Origin: Bigelowiella natans CCMP2755
Lineage: Eukaryota; Protista; Cercozoa
Assembly (NCBI GenBank): GCA_000320545.1
Contig: ADNK01003223.1
Coordinates: forward strand, 1-62,004
Reading direction: 5' to 3'
Length of the DNA: 62,004 bases
In this document: positions 31,245 through 46,257 of the stretch, one piece after another
Numbering within the stretch: position 1 is the first letter of the stretch
Layout of the letters: each line of letters begins with the position of its first letter
The notes under the pieces: generated by a model
What the model saw: only the letters and a program-made list of their open reading frames with translations
The model's database searches: none
Told to the model about the DNA's origin: nothing
Made by a program: the position numbers and the translations under genes

Positions 31245-32641
31245 TTACAACTGTGAATCCTTTTCTTTTATTTCATTTCGCTCCTCGCATAGATTTCCTA
31301 ATGAGCTTTTAGATATTTGCTGAGGTTCGGAGTCTGCCCCCACCCCCTTTCGACTAAAGTTGATCAATCCCCTCATAATTTTAACTATATTTCGAAGGCC
31401 AAGGAGAAAACCATCGTCAACTCCTTTCCTTTCCGTGTCTCGTGCTGCTTGTGCGAAATCTATGAAACGTAAATCTATCCTTTGATAATTGTCATTCTTC
31501 ACATTTCCATGGAGGCGCTTCTGATCTGAAGTAAGACAACCTTCACAAATAAATAGCAGCGAGGAGGAGAAGAACTGAAACGATTTTTGCTCCGCCACGA
31601 CTTTGAGTAACTCTTCGATTCTTTGTATCAAATTTTCCATCACACTTATTCTCAATTTGCCATCTTGGCTTGAAAAAAATTCTTTAATGCACTTCTCGAA
31701 TCCCCCATTGTCCAGATCTCGACCGAAGAACTTATCGCGAAACTTATAGCCATCATCGATAGAGTTGTAGACCTATTCGGATAAACAAATTTTGTGAGTG
31801 CAATATCCCTATATACGATATACACAGCATAGAGCAAGTTCGAAGGCAACTCAATTGACCTGCATTCCACATAGTCGCAGACCAAGAGATTTTGAGGTCG
31901 TAAGTGCACTTTTCCTCATCTTCCGACGCACCTTTTCTGGGTCATCATTCACACCATAAACGCGAGTCCCAATTTTAAGATCTAAGATATTTGGCCGACT
32001 GAAAGGTAGAGTCAGATCCTCTAATCGAATATATTTGATGACGGAACGTCTCTTAAGGGCTTGTTTTTTCTTTTGATGGCATCGCAGGCCCCAAGAATTG
32101 AAGTGATTGAATTCGGTTGTATTTGCCTGTGATTGTGAAAATTCGAATTTCTGGGGTGTGGGCGGAAGTTGCTCATACTCCATATCCAAAACTCCAAGAT
32201 ACTTCGGCACAAATGGTACCAGTTCTGGGATCTTGGCCTGGATATGCTTATAAAATTCAAGCTCGTTCTTCTGTATCGGCTTGCATACTTCCCCTTTCTT
32301 CCAAAATATAGGATAGTGCCCCGCGACCTGATGACGGTAGAATGCGAGTTTTTCCAGTGGTTTCTTTGTCTCCACGAATGGCATGTCGGGGTTCTTTCCA
32401 ATCTCTATTGAGAGGTCTCTTTTCAAAGACAGTTCCTTGCACGCGAAGGATGAGCTACTTTCAAAATCAGAAAGGCTGCGGGGCAGTGACGAGCCAGTTT
32501 CCTATATAGCAAACTTTTTATTCAGTGCGATGCCAATTTCATTTACTACGCAAAAAAAGATAGCATTTTGCTCCTCTTTAAGAACAATCAAAGCAAAGGA
32601 AGAGAATATGCGACCTTCTTCGCTCTCCTCTGTCCAGACAT
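31245..32641 (-). CDS. Inositol polyphosphate kinase (IPK/IP6K/IPMK family); start approximate
   Basis: Motifs HQVAGH, ELEFY, FVPKYLG, YIRLEDLT...PNILDLKIG (PxxxDxKxG), TSKSLGLRLCGMQ-VY, FFSSSLLFI (SSLL), IDLRFIDFA and GFLLGLRNI. One clear intron lies near 31773-31859. Confidence 0.9.
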
Positions 32642-33270
32642 GAAAGCAATGTCGTTAATTCCCTTCCGGAATGTAGTTCGCAATTGCTGAAACAATTAAT
32701 TTCATTGTGAGCTAGATCTAATGATACAGTTAAAACTTTTTTTTGTGTCCAAAGTAAGTTTCTTCAGCCTCCTCAATCAAGCAGTTTGAATTACCTCCGA
32801 CGTTAAGAATGGCGTCGGGGCTTAACGAACTTGGGCAGCCTCTTAAAAATGGGTGATAAGGATAAATTTAAGATTGAGAGGTAGGGAAATAAGTAATAAG
32901 TATATGTTATTTTTTGAAATTTATCATCAAATATTATGTCGTAATTGATCAATACTGTATATTTCACTATTTCGGAGCAGTATTTATTTATCCATTGAGC
33001 TGAAACTTGCAACTGCGGTACTGTGCAAACCCCTTCTCACATCTCCACATGCTCACATAATCAGTTTCAATTTTACCTGCGACACAAAAATAGTCATGAC
33101 GCTTTCGTATTTCAGATTGACGAAAGCACTCAGAAAACAAGGAGTACATTCGCTGAGCACCGGCATTCCCCGTTATTAACATTAGTGTTTGTCGTCACGT
33201 GATCGATGTGACTCAATTTGATTCGATTCTTGTGTTTTAAACGTCCATTTTCGTCAAGGTGCACGTCCCG

Positions 33271-33773
33271 ATGGTCGATCCGATCAACGACAGATCAGTC
33301 GATGGGGGGACGGCTCCTCGCCAGAACTGGAAGTGAAATTCGAGGCTGGAGCAAAACTCCGTTAGATAGTTTGGGAACACACTGACAAAGCCTCACTCGT
33401 TGTCTGAGGGAAATTTGATGGCACATGCAAGAAAGATTGCTTCGATTCGATTCTTTGAATTACGGTGATATGGCAATGAAGAGACATAACGACAGGGACA
33501 CCAACCCAAACAAAGGTTACTGAGACAACTCGGGACCTTCCATAGATTCTCACTTAGTTTTCGTCAGAATCTCCCTCAAGTTCGAAGCAAGCTCGCGACT
33601 CTCTCCCAGCTGAATTCGATGCAAAGCAGCGGAGTCAGGGGACAGATTTGAAGGAGCACCTACAAAAGCCCATTTCTCTACGGGAGCTTGGATATCAAGC
33701 AGAAGGGTACATTGATTGCACAACTACTCTCTAACATATTGAAAAATACCAAGCCATAATTATCACATTGTAC

Positions 33774-33815
<42 letters not shown>

Positions 33816-36267
33816 TTGTATTCAGTTACAAAGTTCAAAAGCTGCCAATCCCCAAAACATCAAGTTTAGTCCTAGCTTTTGAGATGGTATTTGTGGACAT
33901 AACACTCTGATAAATGCCGGAACACGCACAGAATATTGAGAATTCAGACATACCAAATCAAATGTGACCGCAGATTTTCCGCTGGAAAGGGAGTATCTGG
34001 AAAGCAACCTGGAAACAATTGCTAATATTTCTCTTCTGCTACTACTCGGTTAGTGTATCCTATCGCTTCTTCATGACATCCGATCAAAAGGTACTGAATG
34101 AAATCAGAATACTAGACCGCGAAGTAAGTCATCAATATTTTCATCATCAGGAATATTTCGAGAAGCTGTCTTTCAACATCTCCTACTATTTATCGCATGG
34201 TGATTTTAACGGCAGTGGCATTGTACCCAAACTGACCTAATCATATGCAATACAAAAACCAATTTTAGGAACAATACCTCTTGCATTCGTCCTTGGATTC
34301 TATGTCCAACAGGTGTGGATAAATTAGCTTGTGTCTAATCATAATCATCACCATCATCGTTATCTCCATTCGGTTACATAGGTGTATACTCGCTGGATGG
34401 ACATGTGGTCTACTCTTGGGTATTATATCATCTATCTGTATGGATGAGAAAGAGAGAGAGAGGGGGGGGGGGGAGAAGATTGATATTAGATACGCCCCAG
34501 AAACCGAGTCGAAAACAACTCTCACACTTTACATTTTACTCTCACCCTCTTTAGATGGATAGATCTGCTGGCACTACGAGTTTCTTCAACCATACGGATT
34601 CCTCTACACATGCGAAAGAGAAGAAGACCCAACAGATCGTCGCCAGCTCCAGATTCAACTCAGAAGGGGAAGAGAAACAACGTACAAGATAGGGGGGCCG
34701 CGTCGAGTTTCGAACGAAAATATCAAGGGGAAGAAGCAGAATTGGAGAAGCAAAGAGCAAATATGGAGAGAGAGCTTTATCTTCACCAATTTACAATATT
34801 ACGATATTGTAATCTCGTTTATGCAATGGTATGCAACAATTCTAACCCTCACATCATTTAGATTTGTTACAGTCACATCCGCATGCTTCATTCTGTTAGA
34901 TTGCCCGAGCTTGTTCGAAGAAAATGTTAGCACTCTACCCTGACATGCGTGGGCTTATCACGGATGGACTTTTAACCAAAGAAGAGCTTGATACCATGGA
35001 AAGAATTTCTGAGAAAGACCTCCCTCATCAGTCTGACTGGTGGCTTCCAATTGCCTGGGCAAACGACATTGTTCAGGATTGCTATGAACAGGGGTGGATA
35101 AGTTCTCCACAGGAGCTTGAAGCAGTACGTGGACAACTTCTGGCGTTCCGTTCCACAGTAAGTAACATCACAATCCTTGCGACTTATAATGCAAGCAAAT
35201 ACAGGTCTGAGTGGATATTCCCCTCCCCCCCCCTAGCTTGCTCATATGCTGGACTTCACGCTGGTGACCATTCCCCTAATCTACGTGCAACTAGCTCATG
35301 TTTCGGTATATATATACTTCGCTCTTGTTGTGATCGGGCGTGCACAATTCTTGGATACTTCAAAGGGCTATGAAGGGAATGGTGAGTGTTTTCTGTTTCA
35401 CAGTTTGAATGAATGATCTTTATTATCTTCTCAACAATAAATTTTAATCCTCAATAACTCAGGAATCGACTACTACTTTCCCTTCTTCTCAGTCCTTGAA
35501 TTTGTAATATTTGCTGGCTGGCTACAGGTTGCTGCGAAGATGCTTGATCCTTACGGGCTAAGGTGCAAATTTCGATAGCATCATTTCAACCTTGGGCAGA
35601 TGTACCGAGACACCATTTATCTTCTAGGTCTGACGAAGAAAGTTTTGACTTGATATGGGTATTGCACCGGAATGTAGAGGTAAAACACCCCTTAAGAAAA
35701 GCGCAGTTGGTCGTTAAATCTTCCTATTCGTGACTGCTGACCCATGCTTCATTCAATCGACGAGCAGGTTGGAAATACAATTATTGGTCCGGTGAAAAAG
35801 AATCGTCCTGAAATGGTATTGACAACGCCTCTTACTGGCCCGGGTTCTGAGAGAAAGAAGAAGAAAAAGAAAAAGAAATCAAAATGGAAAAAGAAGAGGG
35901 GCAGCAAGAAAGCTGGATCCAGTATAAACCAACGCACTGTTGACGTTACAGGAAGAACAGTTTTCCCTTTTCGCTTCAATGATGAACAAAGGTCATTAAA
36001 TATGTAGAACTATAAATTATACATGTATGTAAATTTCTTGTTCCGCATCCAGCCAGCATCATGCATCTTTAATCGATATGCAGGCACGTAACTCTTCTGC
36101 ACAAGGGAGATCTATCGCACGAAGCTCGAAGTGTTTTCTTGAATCCATACGCCATTACATCGGATGAAGATGGCGACTTCAGTGGGTCAATAAATAATGA
36201 TTCGCCAAGTCAAAATCTGCACGACGTGGGGCATATGCGGAGGAGAGCGAAAACTGATGGAACATGA
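33271..36267 (+). CDS. Bestrophin anion channel, animal BEST-like; start approximate
   Basis: Spliced exons: IFRWKGSIWKATWKQLLIFLFCYY, TIPLAFVLGFYVQQ-VYTRW, ILRYCNL, LYPDMRGLITDGLLTKEE, WWLPIAWA, VTIPLIYVQ, QFLD...IDYYFPFFSVLEFVIFAGWLQVAAKMLDPYG...SDEESFDLIWVLHRNVE. Confidence 0.9.
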
Positions 36268-36299
36268 CGATGATCCTTGTTAGAGCTGTGATTTCATGG

Positions 36300-37300
36300 C
36301 ATTTCACACGATGATTACCAACGACTAAACTGTGATGCTAGGTGTTTGCAGGCTCTCAATTGCGTCTACATGTGCGTTAATGACATGTTAAGAAAAGTAA
36401 CGCTAGCATAGTTGCACCTCGGCACTCGCGGTGCATTGCGCTGTGATTTTCGATTGCAGTCAATCAGATCGGTCAGTGGCGAGGCGGAAATGTCCACAGT
36501 GCCGATCAAGAAGCAGGACAACGGCACGAGATGCTCCTTTAACTGGCATCCATGTTTCGCCTGCCTGCCGTGATCTGCACATCTGCCGTTCAAATCACGT
36601 TCATGCGCAGCAGACCTAGCAGTGCACTGTGCCTTCATTTCCCCACTGTTCGCGGTGGCAAAAATTGCGAAAATGCGCTACATGAAAATTTGCCTACTGA
36701 CGACCTACTGCTAAACTGAATTGCTAGAATGACATGGGCACACCACACGTCTTTTGTGAAAACAATCTTTGTTGAAAACGACACAGCAAAAATCCACAGC
36801 GTGCAGAGCAGAATTCTTCAGCCAAAGCATCGCTAAATGTGAACACTGCATGTTTGTTCCAATCTGAAATGACAAGTGAGAATTTTCAAATCAAAAAGAG
36901 GAAAATGATTGGACAAATGGCTCACAGAAGAGCAATTCAGACCTTTGAAAAACAAAAGGTTTTTGCGTGCAACATCGCTAGCACAGTCTGACATGGACAC
37001 ACACAAAAGAAAATCCACAGAAGAAATTGTTGTCAAGTTTGGACAAGGTGAAGGAACGCAACCAGCTTCTTCATGACATGGATGCACTGACAGTGAAAGG
37101 TCTTGGATGAGGAACAAGAAGAAGAAGCAAGAAGACAAGAAGGAGAAGGAGCAGAAGAATTGTTTGATTCGAGCAAGGTGGGATGTTGGAACATGAATCA
37201 CTGAACGCGCTGGTTGCCGTGTTCTCAGCAGTGTGAATGAACGAACGAATCACGTAATTCCAAGAGGGGATTGGATGGAATCATTGTGTCTCGGAGTGTG
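36300..37300. other. Strongly TpA-purged intergenic island downstream of bestrophin
   Basis: 36545-37254 contains 8 TAs by hand count, all preceded by C. The A-rich stretch 36840-37254 has a single TA, in CTAG. Confidence 0.85.
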
Positions 37301-37442
37301 CTGACTCCAATCAGCTTGCCACGAATGAACAACGCATTGGAGCCATTTGTTGTTGAAAATTAAGCATCATTCTTAGGCATGTCGCAGGTGTAAAATCCTC
37401 TACGTTTTCTTGTCGTCGCCCGCAAAGCCGATTCTGCGCCAG

Positions 37443-37853
37443 ATGGCGACCGCCGCAACACGGCGATGTCCAGGGCTTCCAAGGCCATGTAGTCTCATCT
37501 TGCCTCACCAAACCGGCCGGCGAACAGCGTTCTACCAATTTCTTCCAATTGCAACATTCAAGCGGCGGTACCTTTCGGCCACAGCTGAGAGTATTCGAAA
37601 CATCGGGATCATTGCACATGTGGATGCGGGCAAGACAACTACGACAGGTTCGGAGGAGGAGTAGAGAAGCTTGGGGGAGGAAGAGGAAGGGTTGAGAATG
37701 CATTATTGATAATTCCTCCTGGAGGCAAGTGTTGTTTAACTGTGCATATCCGTCGTATCTGTGCTGGCGCAGAGCGTATGCTTTTCTATGCTGGAAAGAT
37801 CAGAAGGCCTGGTGACGTGGACACAGGGACGACTGTGACTGACTTTCTAGTAA

Positions 37854-37901
<48 letters not shown>

Positions 37902-40224
37902 TTATCTCTCTCTCTTCTCACTGGAACGACGTGTTGATTATTATGGACATATCCACCATTAATTATACTTGGTGATGATGTGCTGCGAAATTGAATGAGA
38001 CTAACCAGCAGTACAACTAACTAACTCCTGTTATTAGGAGGAGGAACGAAAACGTGGAATCACCATCCAGTCAGCTTGCACGACATTCAATTGGTTGTAT
38101 AGTAAAATCACAGCCCCCCCCCGAATAACTACTACATGTTCGCTGGATGTTGTTGTAGAGCAGATTGGGAGGGGGGACCACGGTTGAGATTTATCGAGCA
38201 TTTGATTGAAGATTGCGCTTGTTTTTGTGTGTGTGCGTGTGTGTCAGCAGCAGCAGCAGCATTTAGCTATTACGTTCGTCATTCTTTGGTTATTATCTGC
38301 TTTATTATTAGGGGTCCGCATCAAATCAACATCATCGATACTCCTGGCCATGTAGACTTCACAGTCGAGGTAGTATTAGGGTTGTTAAGCGGTTGGTTCA
38401 GAGTGTGGTAGCACAGCATATGTATATTTTGACTCATTATCTACTATTGTTGCTTTTTTGAAGTCACCGCCTTTCGTTCTTGGGAATCTCCTCGATAATA
38501 CTAATGCTGCTGCTGCTACTGTTGTTGTGTGTTGTGGTGAAATGACCGCCTATTCTTCAAGGTGGAACGCTCTGTACGTGCTCTAGATGGCGCAGTAGGA
38601 ATCATGGATGCTGTTGCTGGTCAGCCACTAATAGTCCGAAGATAACGATGTTTATTGATTATTATGGGCAATGATGATAGCCGCTCGATGGTGATATTTG
38701 TTTGTCGTTCAATCATCTTAATCTTGATGATACTCATTTCGCTTATGATGCAGGGGTCCAAGCTCAAACAGAGACGGTTTGGAAGCAGGTTCTCCTCTAC
38801 ATTGACACCGGACATGGCGCATTCTCCGTGTTTTTTTTTTTTCCATAAATCGCAGTCGTCATCACCTTCTTCAATACAACTTCAGGCTGATAAACACAGA
38901 ATTCCCAGGATTATCTTCGTCAATAAAATGGATCGGTGAGAGAGCACGTACGAGCAGCACACTACCATCTCTGATGAGACCTGTGCAACCTAATCAGCAC
39001 TGCTGTTACGTAGTAGATATACAACAAATATCGTTTCACTAACAACTCAATCGTGTGTGGGTATTGCCAGTGACGACGCTAGTGTAGATATCTGCATCGA
39101 GAGCATAAAGCATAGGTTACCGGGGATCACCCCCATCCCCCTTCAGGTTGTTTGTAGCACCCCATCACCATTTTCGATGACGACGATGACGACGATATAG
39201 AACTAGTCATATTTGATTATGTCCATTATGCATTGGTACTAAAAAATAAAGATAGGAGAGTTTGGCAGGGATGGCGACTTTGATGTGGTAGATCTTCGTT
39301 CCATGACCACCATTCGTTGGGCAGACGCACAGGTATCTATCGTCGTATGCTGATCATTTGAGATTTTGAGGTGTATTTATTTATTTCTTATCACCAAAGT
39401 ATTCACAGTCATCATCATTATCATCGTCATCATCATAATTATCATCATTTTGCGTTGCCCCTCCCTTCCTTCTTGCCTATTTATAAATCATTATTAGGGA
39501 GAGAAATTCGAACATATTCCAGTAGCAGCAGCAGCAGCAAGTAGTCAGATATCAATGGAGAAAGCTACAAAGGAACGAATAACCATGCTTGAGGTAGAGG
39601 ACTAGGAGATGGTGATGATGATGATGATCGACTTATATGCTACTTATTGCGTATAATAATGATATGAAAAGAAGAGAAAGAAGAAGAATTTTATAATAAT
39701 CGAAGGAAGTTACGAAAATGACTCACACTGATATATGTGTGTTGTTGTATGTTGTGATTGCTCTGTTTCCACCCCCATCAATTTTTAGACACTTGCTGAT
39801 CTAGACGACGAATTCTGTGATATATTCTTGGTAAATCATCATTTTCAAATAAGTCGGATTTTACCTTTAATGTGATCTGCATATGGCCAATATATGCAAC
39901 GCTGTATGTTCTTTTTTATACAAAATTAAATGCTATTCTGATCCTGTCAGCCCCCCCGTCACCTTTCTCCCCATGGACACATGCACACATGCACACACAC
40001 ACACACGCACACACACACACACACATATCAGCATATGTGCTGGGTGTATTAAATCTGATGTATTCTTGATTATGGATGCTGATAGGCAAGTGAGGAGGGG
40101 GGTGGTAACAATCGTATCGACGTGGGGGATATTGATGACGCTCTCAGAAGAGTCACTCTAGGTTCAAAATTGCTTTTGTGATGATTGATGATGATACTAG
40201 CAAAGTAAAAAATTAACAGGAGAA

Positions 40225-40273
<49 letters not shown>

Positions 40274-40517
40274 GGGGGGGTGGGCGACGTGAGAAGTTGG
40301 ACGCGAAATGCAAGAAATGTGGATTATTTATATTATGCTTAAAGATGATAATGTTGTGCGTTGTGTGTTGGAAGGCTTGTTGGGAGTACCTGTTCTATGC
40401 GGCGCATCTTTAAAGAATAGGTTGTCGTGAAAAAAGCACCTACACTACATAACAACAGCAATACAACGCTCTTAGTGGGTTCCTGTGCAAAAGCACCTAT
40501 GGATACCAGACAGAGAT

Positions 40518-40549
<32 letters not shown>

Positions 40550-40618
40550 TAAATGTATATTTAGGTGAAGAGAAGACGAAATACTAAAAGCCACACACTG
40601 ATTGCCATCGTCACCATC

Positions 40619-40662
<44 letters not shown>

Positions 40663-40743
40663 AAACTTTGATAAATATATCATTACATATTTATCAGGGG
40701 TGTTCAACCTCTTCTGGATGCTATATGCAGGTAGTAGCTATGT

Positions 40744-40776
<33 letters not shown>

Positions 40777-40892
40777 TATTTATCACCATCAGTCCGCATA
40801 GTGTATTCTTAGATATACATGTGTCTTCTTCTACTTCTTCTTCTTCTTGCATCATCAGATATCTCCCCTCTCCACTCGATAGTGTACCTAAG

Positions 40893-40923
<31 letters not shown>

Positions 40924-41488
40924 ATTTATTGCTTTCACTGCTGCTGCTGCTACTCTTCAACAAAGCTGATTATAGCTTCTTCTTCTTCCTATATCTGTGC
41001 GTTGTGACACAGGTTCTCGAAACGAAGGATTCGTCGATGGAGGAGCATGCGGAGACCGGTCAGTTTAACCACAATATATTAAACGTCAGAGAGGAAGATG
41101 GAGAGGGCGTATGGGGTTACTAATTTGCTGTAATGTTAAATCTCTTTGTAAGCATGCTGGCATGCAAACCTGATTGACCTTCCTCCCTTCCTCCTTTTGA
41201 TGACACGTCACGACTGATTCTCCTTGTAATGATCCCTTGATTCTATACACCCCCCATCCTGCTGCTGCTGCTGCCACTGCTACATGTTTCACCATCGTCG
41301 TTTGTAGCTGCGGTTCTGGACAAAGGACCTGAAGGAACTCTCTTTGCCTTAGCATTTAAGGCAATATAAGGATGAAATTCTTCACTTTCGATACGCACGA
41401 ACACGACGTCCCAACACTTAGAATATCGGAGCATCTTCTTCAGCTTTAGCTTCGTTGCCTTCTCTATTCTTGCTCCTTTGCAATCGAG

Positions 41489-41531
<43 letters not shown>

Positions 41532-41858
41532 AATTCTTCTACTACGACTGTCACCCTTCTTACATTGCATGATTGTTGTACGATGATGATGATATACCAT
41601 ACAGCAGTGCTTATTATCGTCTACGGTGGCATTTATCATCATCATCATCATCCTTATCATTATCATTATTCGTCTAGGTTACCCATGATAAGCATAGGGG
41701 TCCACTAGTATTTGTGAGGTACTTCTCCTCCTCCTCCTCCTCCTCCTCCTCCTCCTCCTCCTTCCACCACCAACACCACCACCACCACTACTACTACTAC
41801 TACTATTACTTCTCTACTACTTCTCCTACTACAGAAGATCATCGTTATATTGGTGTAA

Positions 41859-41896
<38 letters not shown>

Positions 41897-42245
41897 TATA
41901 TTTCTTGTATTTGTTCGTGTTTATTGGCATACATATTGGTGTATTGTATCAGCGTTGCTACTACTACTGCTATTATTACTATCTATCTCTACTTAGAGTG
42001 TACCAAGGCGTGTTGCGTCCAGGAGCATCTATAACTTCTATTTCACCCACGGAAAAAGAGGTTACCAGCATTAAGATAAGAGGGGGGGGGAGGAGGAGGT
42101 CACTTCTTCGTGTGATGATTTTGCGTCATCGTCCAACCTCAAAGGGCGACACGCTGGAGGAGTATTATTCTCTCGGATATGGCTAATCAGAATCTTGTAT
42201 CTGATCTACATATCACATGCAGCTGCTTCCAAATATCACGACGCG

Positions 42246-42286
<41 letters not shown>

Positions 42287-42764
42287 AATAAACAGGTGGT
42301 TGGCACTGAGAGGGTGCATAAGATTCTTCAGCTAGATGGAGAGGTCCTGCTAAGAAAGAAGGATGATGACAACACATGATGATCCCATTAAATATAGGAT
42401 ATTATTACGTCGAGTACATTCGTTGTAACATCGGCAGGAAGAATCGTAAGAAGTAGGCTTCTATTCTATGCATGTAGGTGTGTGTTACACACGCACAAAC
42501 ATATACTTTGTATGAAAAAAGGATGTGACTGAGCTAAAGGAGTTGGCCGCTGGTGATATTGGTGCCCTCGTCGGTCTTCGGTGATTTAGCTTTGGCCAAC
42601 AGACATTATATATAGTGATAAACATACACGCACGCGCGCGCACACACACACACACACACAAATAATATATATACTCCAAAATCAGGAATGTTCGTACCGG
42701 ATACACGCTTTACAATACCGGAGAAAGGAGGAGGAGGAGGAGGTGTTCCACCCGCAGCCTAATC

Positions 42765-42810
<46 letters not shown>

Positions 42811-42903
42811 CACACACATGTATGCATATCAGGACGAAGGAAGGGCTCATCTCTACCATCATTCTCTGTTTCATGGATACCTCACAGCAAGTTTATGCCT
42901 CCG

Positions 42904-42936
<33 letters not shown>

Positions 42937-42961
42937 AGTTGTCAAGATCAATAAATGCTGG

Positions 42962-42995
<34 letters not shown>

Positions 42996-43232
42996 AATGA
43001 GACGATGGTGACGATGATTACGGTGTAGGAATAAGGAATATGTGACAATCAGGTTGATCCTCCTTGCCCCCCCCCTCCTCCTCCTCCTCCTCCTCCTCCT
43101 CCTCCTCCTCCCATACACAAATGTAGGTATTTTACTGCTCTATTGAGGCAGACAGTGCATCGGAGGAGAAGAAGCTCGAAGAAGCGTTGAAACAAATGGT
43201 GGGATCATCAATAATGACTAAGGCAGCCATGC

Positions 43233-43269
<37 letters not shown>

Positions 43270-44544
43270 ATGTGTGTATTCGTGTTGCTGTGTTGTTGTG
43301 ACGTCTAAATTTATTGTGTTGTTTAGATGTTGGAAGATCCTTCCTTGTTCTTGGAAGAAGACAGTGAAACTGGACAAACGCTGCTTAAAGTAGTAATCCT
43401 TCTGCCACTATCGTACACCACCTTTTTCACACACTTTTCACTATCATGATAATCATGATAATCATCATCATCAATATCATCATTATCATCATTTGCATGT
43501 ACAAAACAAACGTGTACATGTGCAGAGGTTGCAGCATATACCAAACTATTGCCGACTTCTTCTTCCATATATGAACATTAGGGTATGGGAGAGCTGCACC
43601 TCGAAGTCGTGCATCAAAGGTGGGTTTTAGCAAGATGCGTGTGTATATATCATGATCTTATGTAACGAATTATCAATAAATAATCTAGATGTGTGTATGT
43701 ATTTGTGGGTTTGTGTGTGTGTGCGTGTACGTGTACACACTCTTCTAATGTTTTGGCAAATAAGTGCCGCTTCTTAGCTTGCTAGTAAAAGCTACTACTA
43801 CTACCACTACTACTACTACTACTTTCTTAGCAAACATCATAAAACCCCGATTGTGAGGATTGTAGCACGATGTTGTTGACAATGAATTAGAGAGAAAAAA
43901 TACGGTATTCCTTAGCACCGCTGCTCATTGCTGCCATCATCATCATCATTCTCATCATTTTTTTGTTGTGCTAATGCGTTAAATCTAGGCTTATCAAAGA
44001 TTTTGGGGTGGGTGCAAGGCTCGGAAGAATGCGAGTCGCATATCGAGAAACACTCATGCAGCAGGTGATTGGCTACAGTATTAACAACACCGCAACGATC
44101 ATACCAGGAATCATCAGCATCATCATTATCATCATTATCATCACGTGATATTATCGGTATTATTCCTAAGGTTGCAAATAGTGTAGAGCTAGAGCATACT
44201 CTCAAGCAAGGTAGTCAAGGGCAAAACTAGTATCATTCGAATTGACTCGTAACTGCTCTTTTCCTGGCGTTATCTTGATAGGAAAGTCGCAGGCGGCAAT
44301 ATCATTGACGATTTCACCCATGATAAATGAGGCTGTTGTCCCGACGAGCATGGAATCATCCCAAAAGTAGTAATTATATTTTTTATTGTGCAATAATACC
44401 TACCTACCTCTACCTACCCGTATATGTATATGCATGCACGACATAAGGTTGTGTGTTTATCTCCTTTGTGATGATGATGATATGATATGATATGATATGC
44501 AAAACAAGAGCATTCTTCCCTGCTCCGGAGACTACTATATAGCT

Positions 44545-44581
<37 letters not shown>

Positions 44582-44901
44582 AATGTATGCATGCATGATT
44601 GTATGTAGATAATTACATCCCAAGCATAATCCACAATGCGACGATCTTATAACTGTGACGATTCTGAACGAATACCTATCAATTATCAGCGTTGCAGTCA
44701 ACATAAATGCATCAATAGAGAGCGATTTAGAGAGAAAGCTTGGCCAGAAAATGGCTCAAGGTAGGAGAAACTTTTAGCGAGAGCAGCATGAACGTGCTCG
44801 AACGAACAACAACAACAACAACAAAGCAGCACGTTGATTCAACTAATTCTTCATATATCAATTGACATATATCATACCTATAAATATGTGTTGGCTCATG
44901 C

Positions 44902-44943
<42 letters not shown>

Positions 44944-45030
44944 ATATAGTGTTCCTGGAAGAAATAGAAGATGGAGTTCGGAACGCTTTAAGTTGTGGGC
45001 CTTCACTAGGGTAACAACAACAACAACAGC

Positions 45031-45066
<36 letters not shown>

Positions 45067-45579
45067 AACAGCAGCGTAGTAGCTTCTCTGTTTGATGTGT
45101 CTGTTTTGATTGTTCTTCTCCTTGCTTACTAAGTTACAGATCATCGAATAATTGTTAACACTACAAAACATCCAAAAACAATCAATTTGCCCAATTGAAA
45201 AGAATGCTTGTTATTAGATATCCGTTAGTAGCAGTTGAAGTTTCCATCGATAGTCTGGATGTTACCAGCTCTACTCAGGTTGTTGTTGTTCTTTGTTTCT
45301 TGTTGGGAGGAGGAATCTCTTGGTTCGTTGACCGTTTATCAAGCTAGAAACGGCAGGAAAGAGACTGGGAGTAATATGTAATATAAGATGTGGCGGATTG
45401 AGTGAGCACACGTTCATTGAAGAGAGTCAATAAGTATATAATCCTGAATGCTCAACCGTTAAATGCTGCACAGGCAGTGACTTGCAACGCGGCAGCTGGG
45501 CAGTGTACTACCCAGGTCCGAGGAAGGGCATTTCACATATATAAATGACATTCATCATCAGCATGTACTAGTAGCGCTG

Positions 45580-45616
<37 letters not shown>

Positions 45617-45695
45617 ACGAATGAAGCTACAAGCCTTTTGATCTTGAATATCAAGAATCTTTCTTCCTAGAATAATGCTATTTAGATTCACATCA

Positions 45696-45734
<39 letters not shown>

Positions 45735-45920
45735 TCTATTCTCCCTTTTCCATTCGTCCTCTCCTTGTCCTTCCGACTGCTGTCCTTCTTCGTTACATCT
45801 GGTATCTTTTGGTGTTACGGCTGTGTGATGCGAGTAGGCAATACAGGGCTGTACCGAAGACAGTTGCAGTCAAATACTTGAACCTATTGTCAAGGTAACG
45901 ACAGGTGGAAGAAGAAGAAG

Positions 45921-45951
<31 letters not shown>

Positions 45952-46225
45952 GTTATATTGTAATTTTAGTGACTTATTGAAAAAGTTGGCTATCACAAAA
46001 ACAAGTTATTCGTCACTATCAGAAACATCAGCTTTACAAGCCTATTATTATTATCATTATTTTTGATATTATCATTATCATCATGATTGGCAGGTTACTA
46101 TCCGTGTTCCGAATGACTACATGGGATCAATCCTGTCGGATGTTACATCAAACCGACGTGGACAGGCAAGATTCACCAATTCCCACCATCATCCATATAC
46201 ACCTGTGTAATAGTAGTTGTAGTTA

Positions 46226-46257
<32 letters not shown>

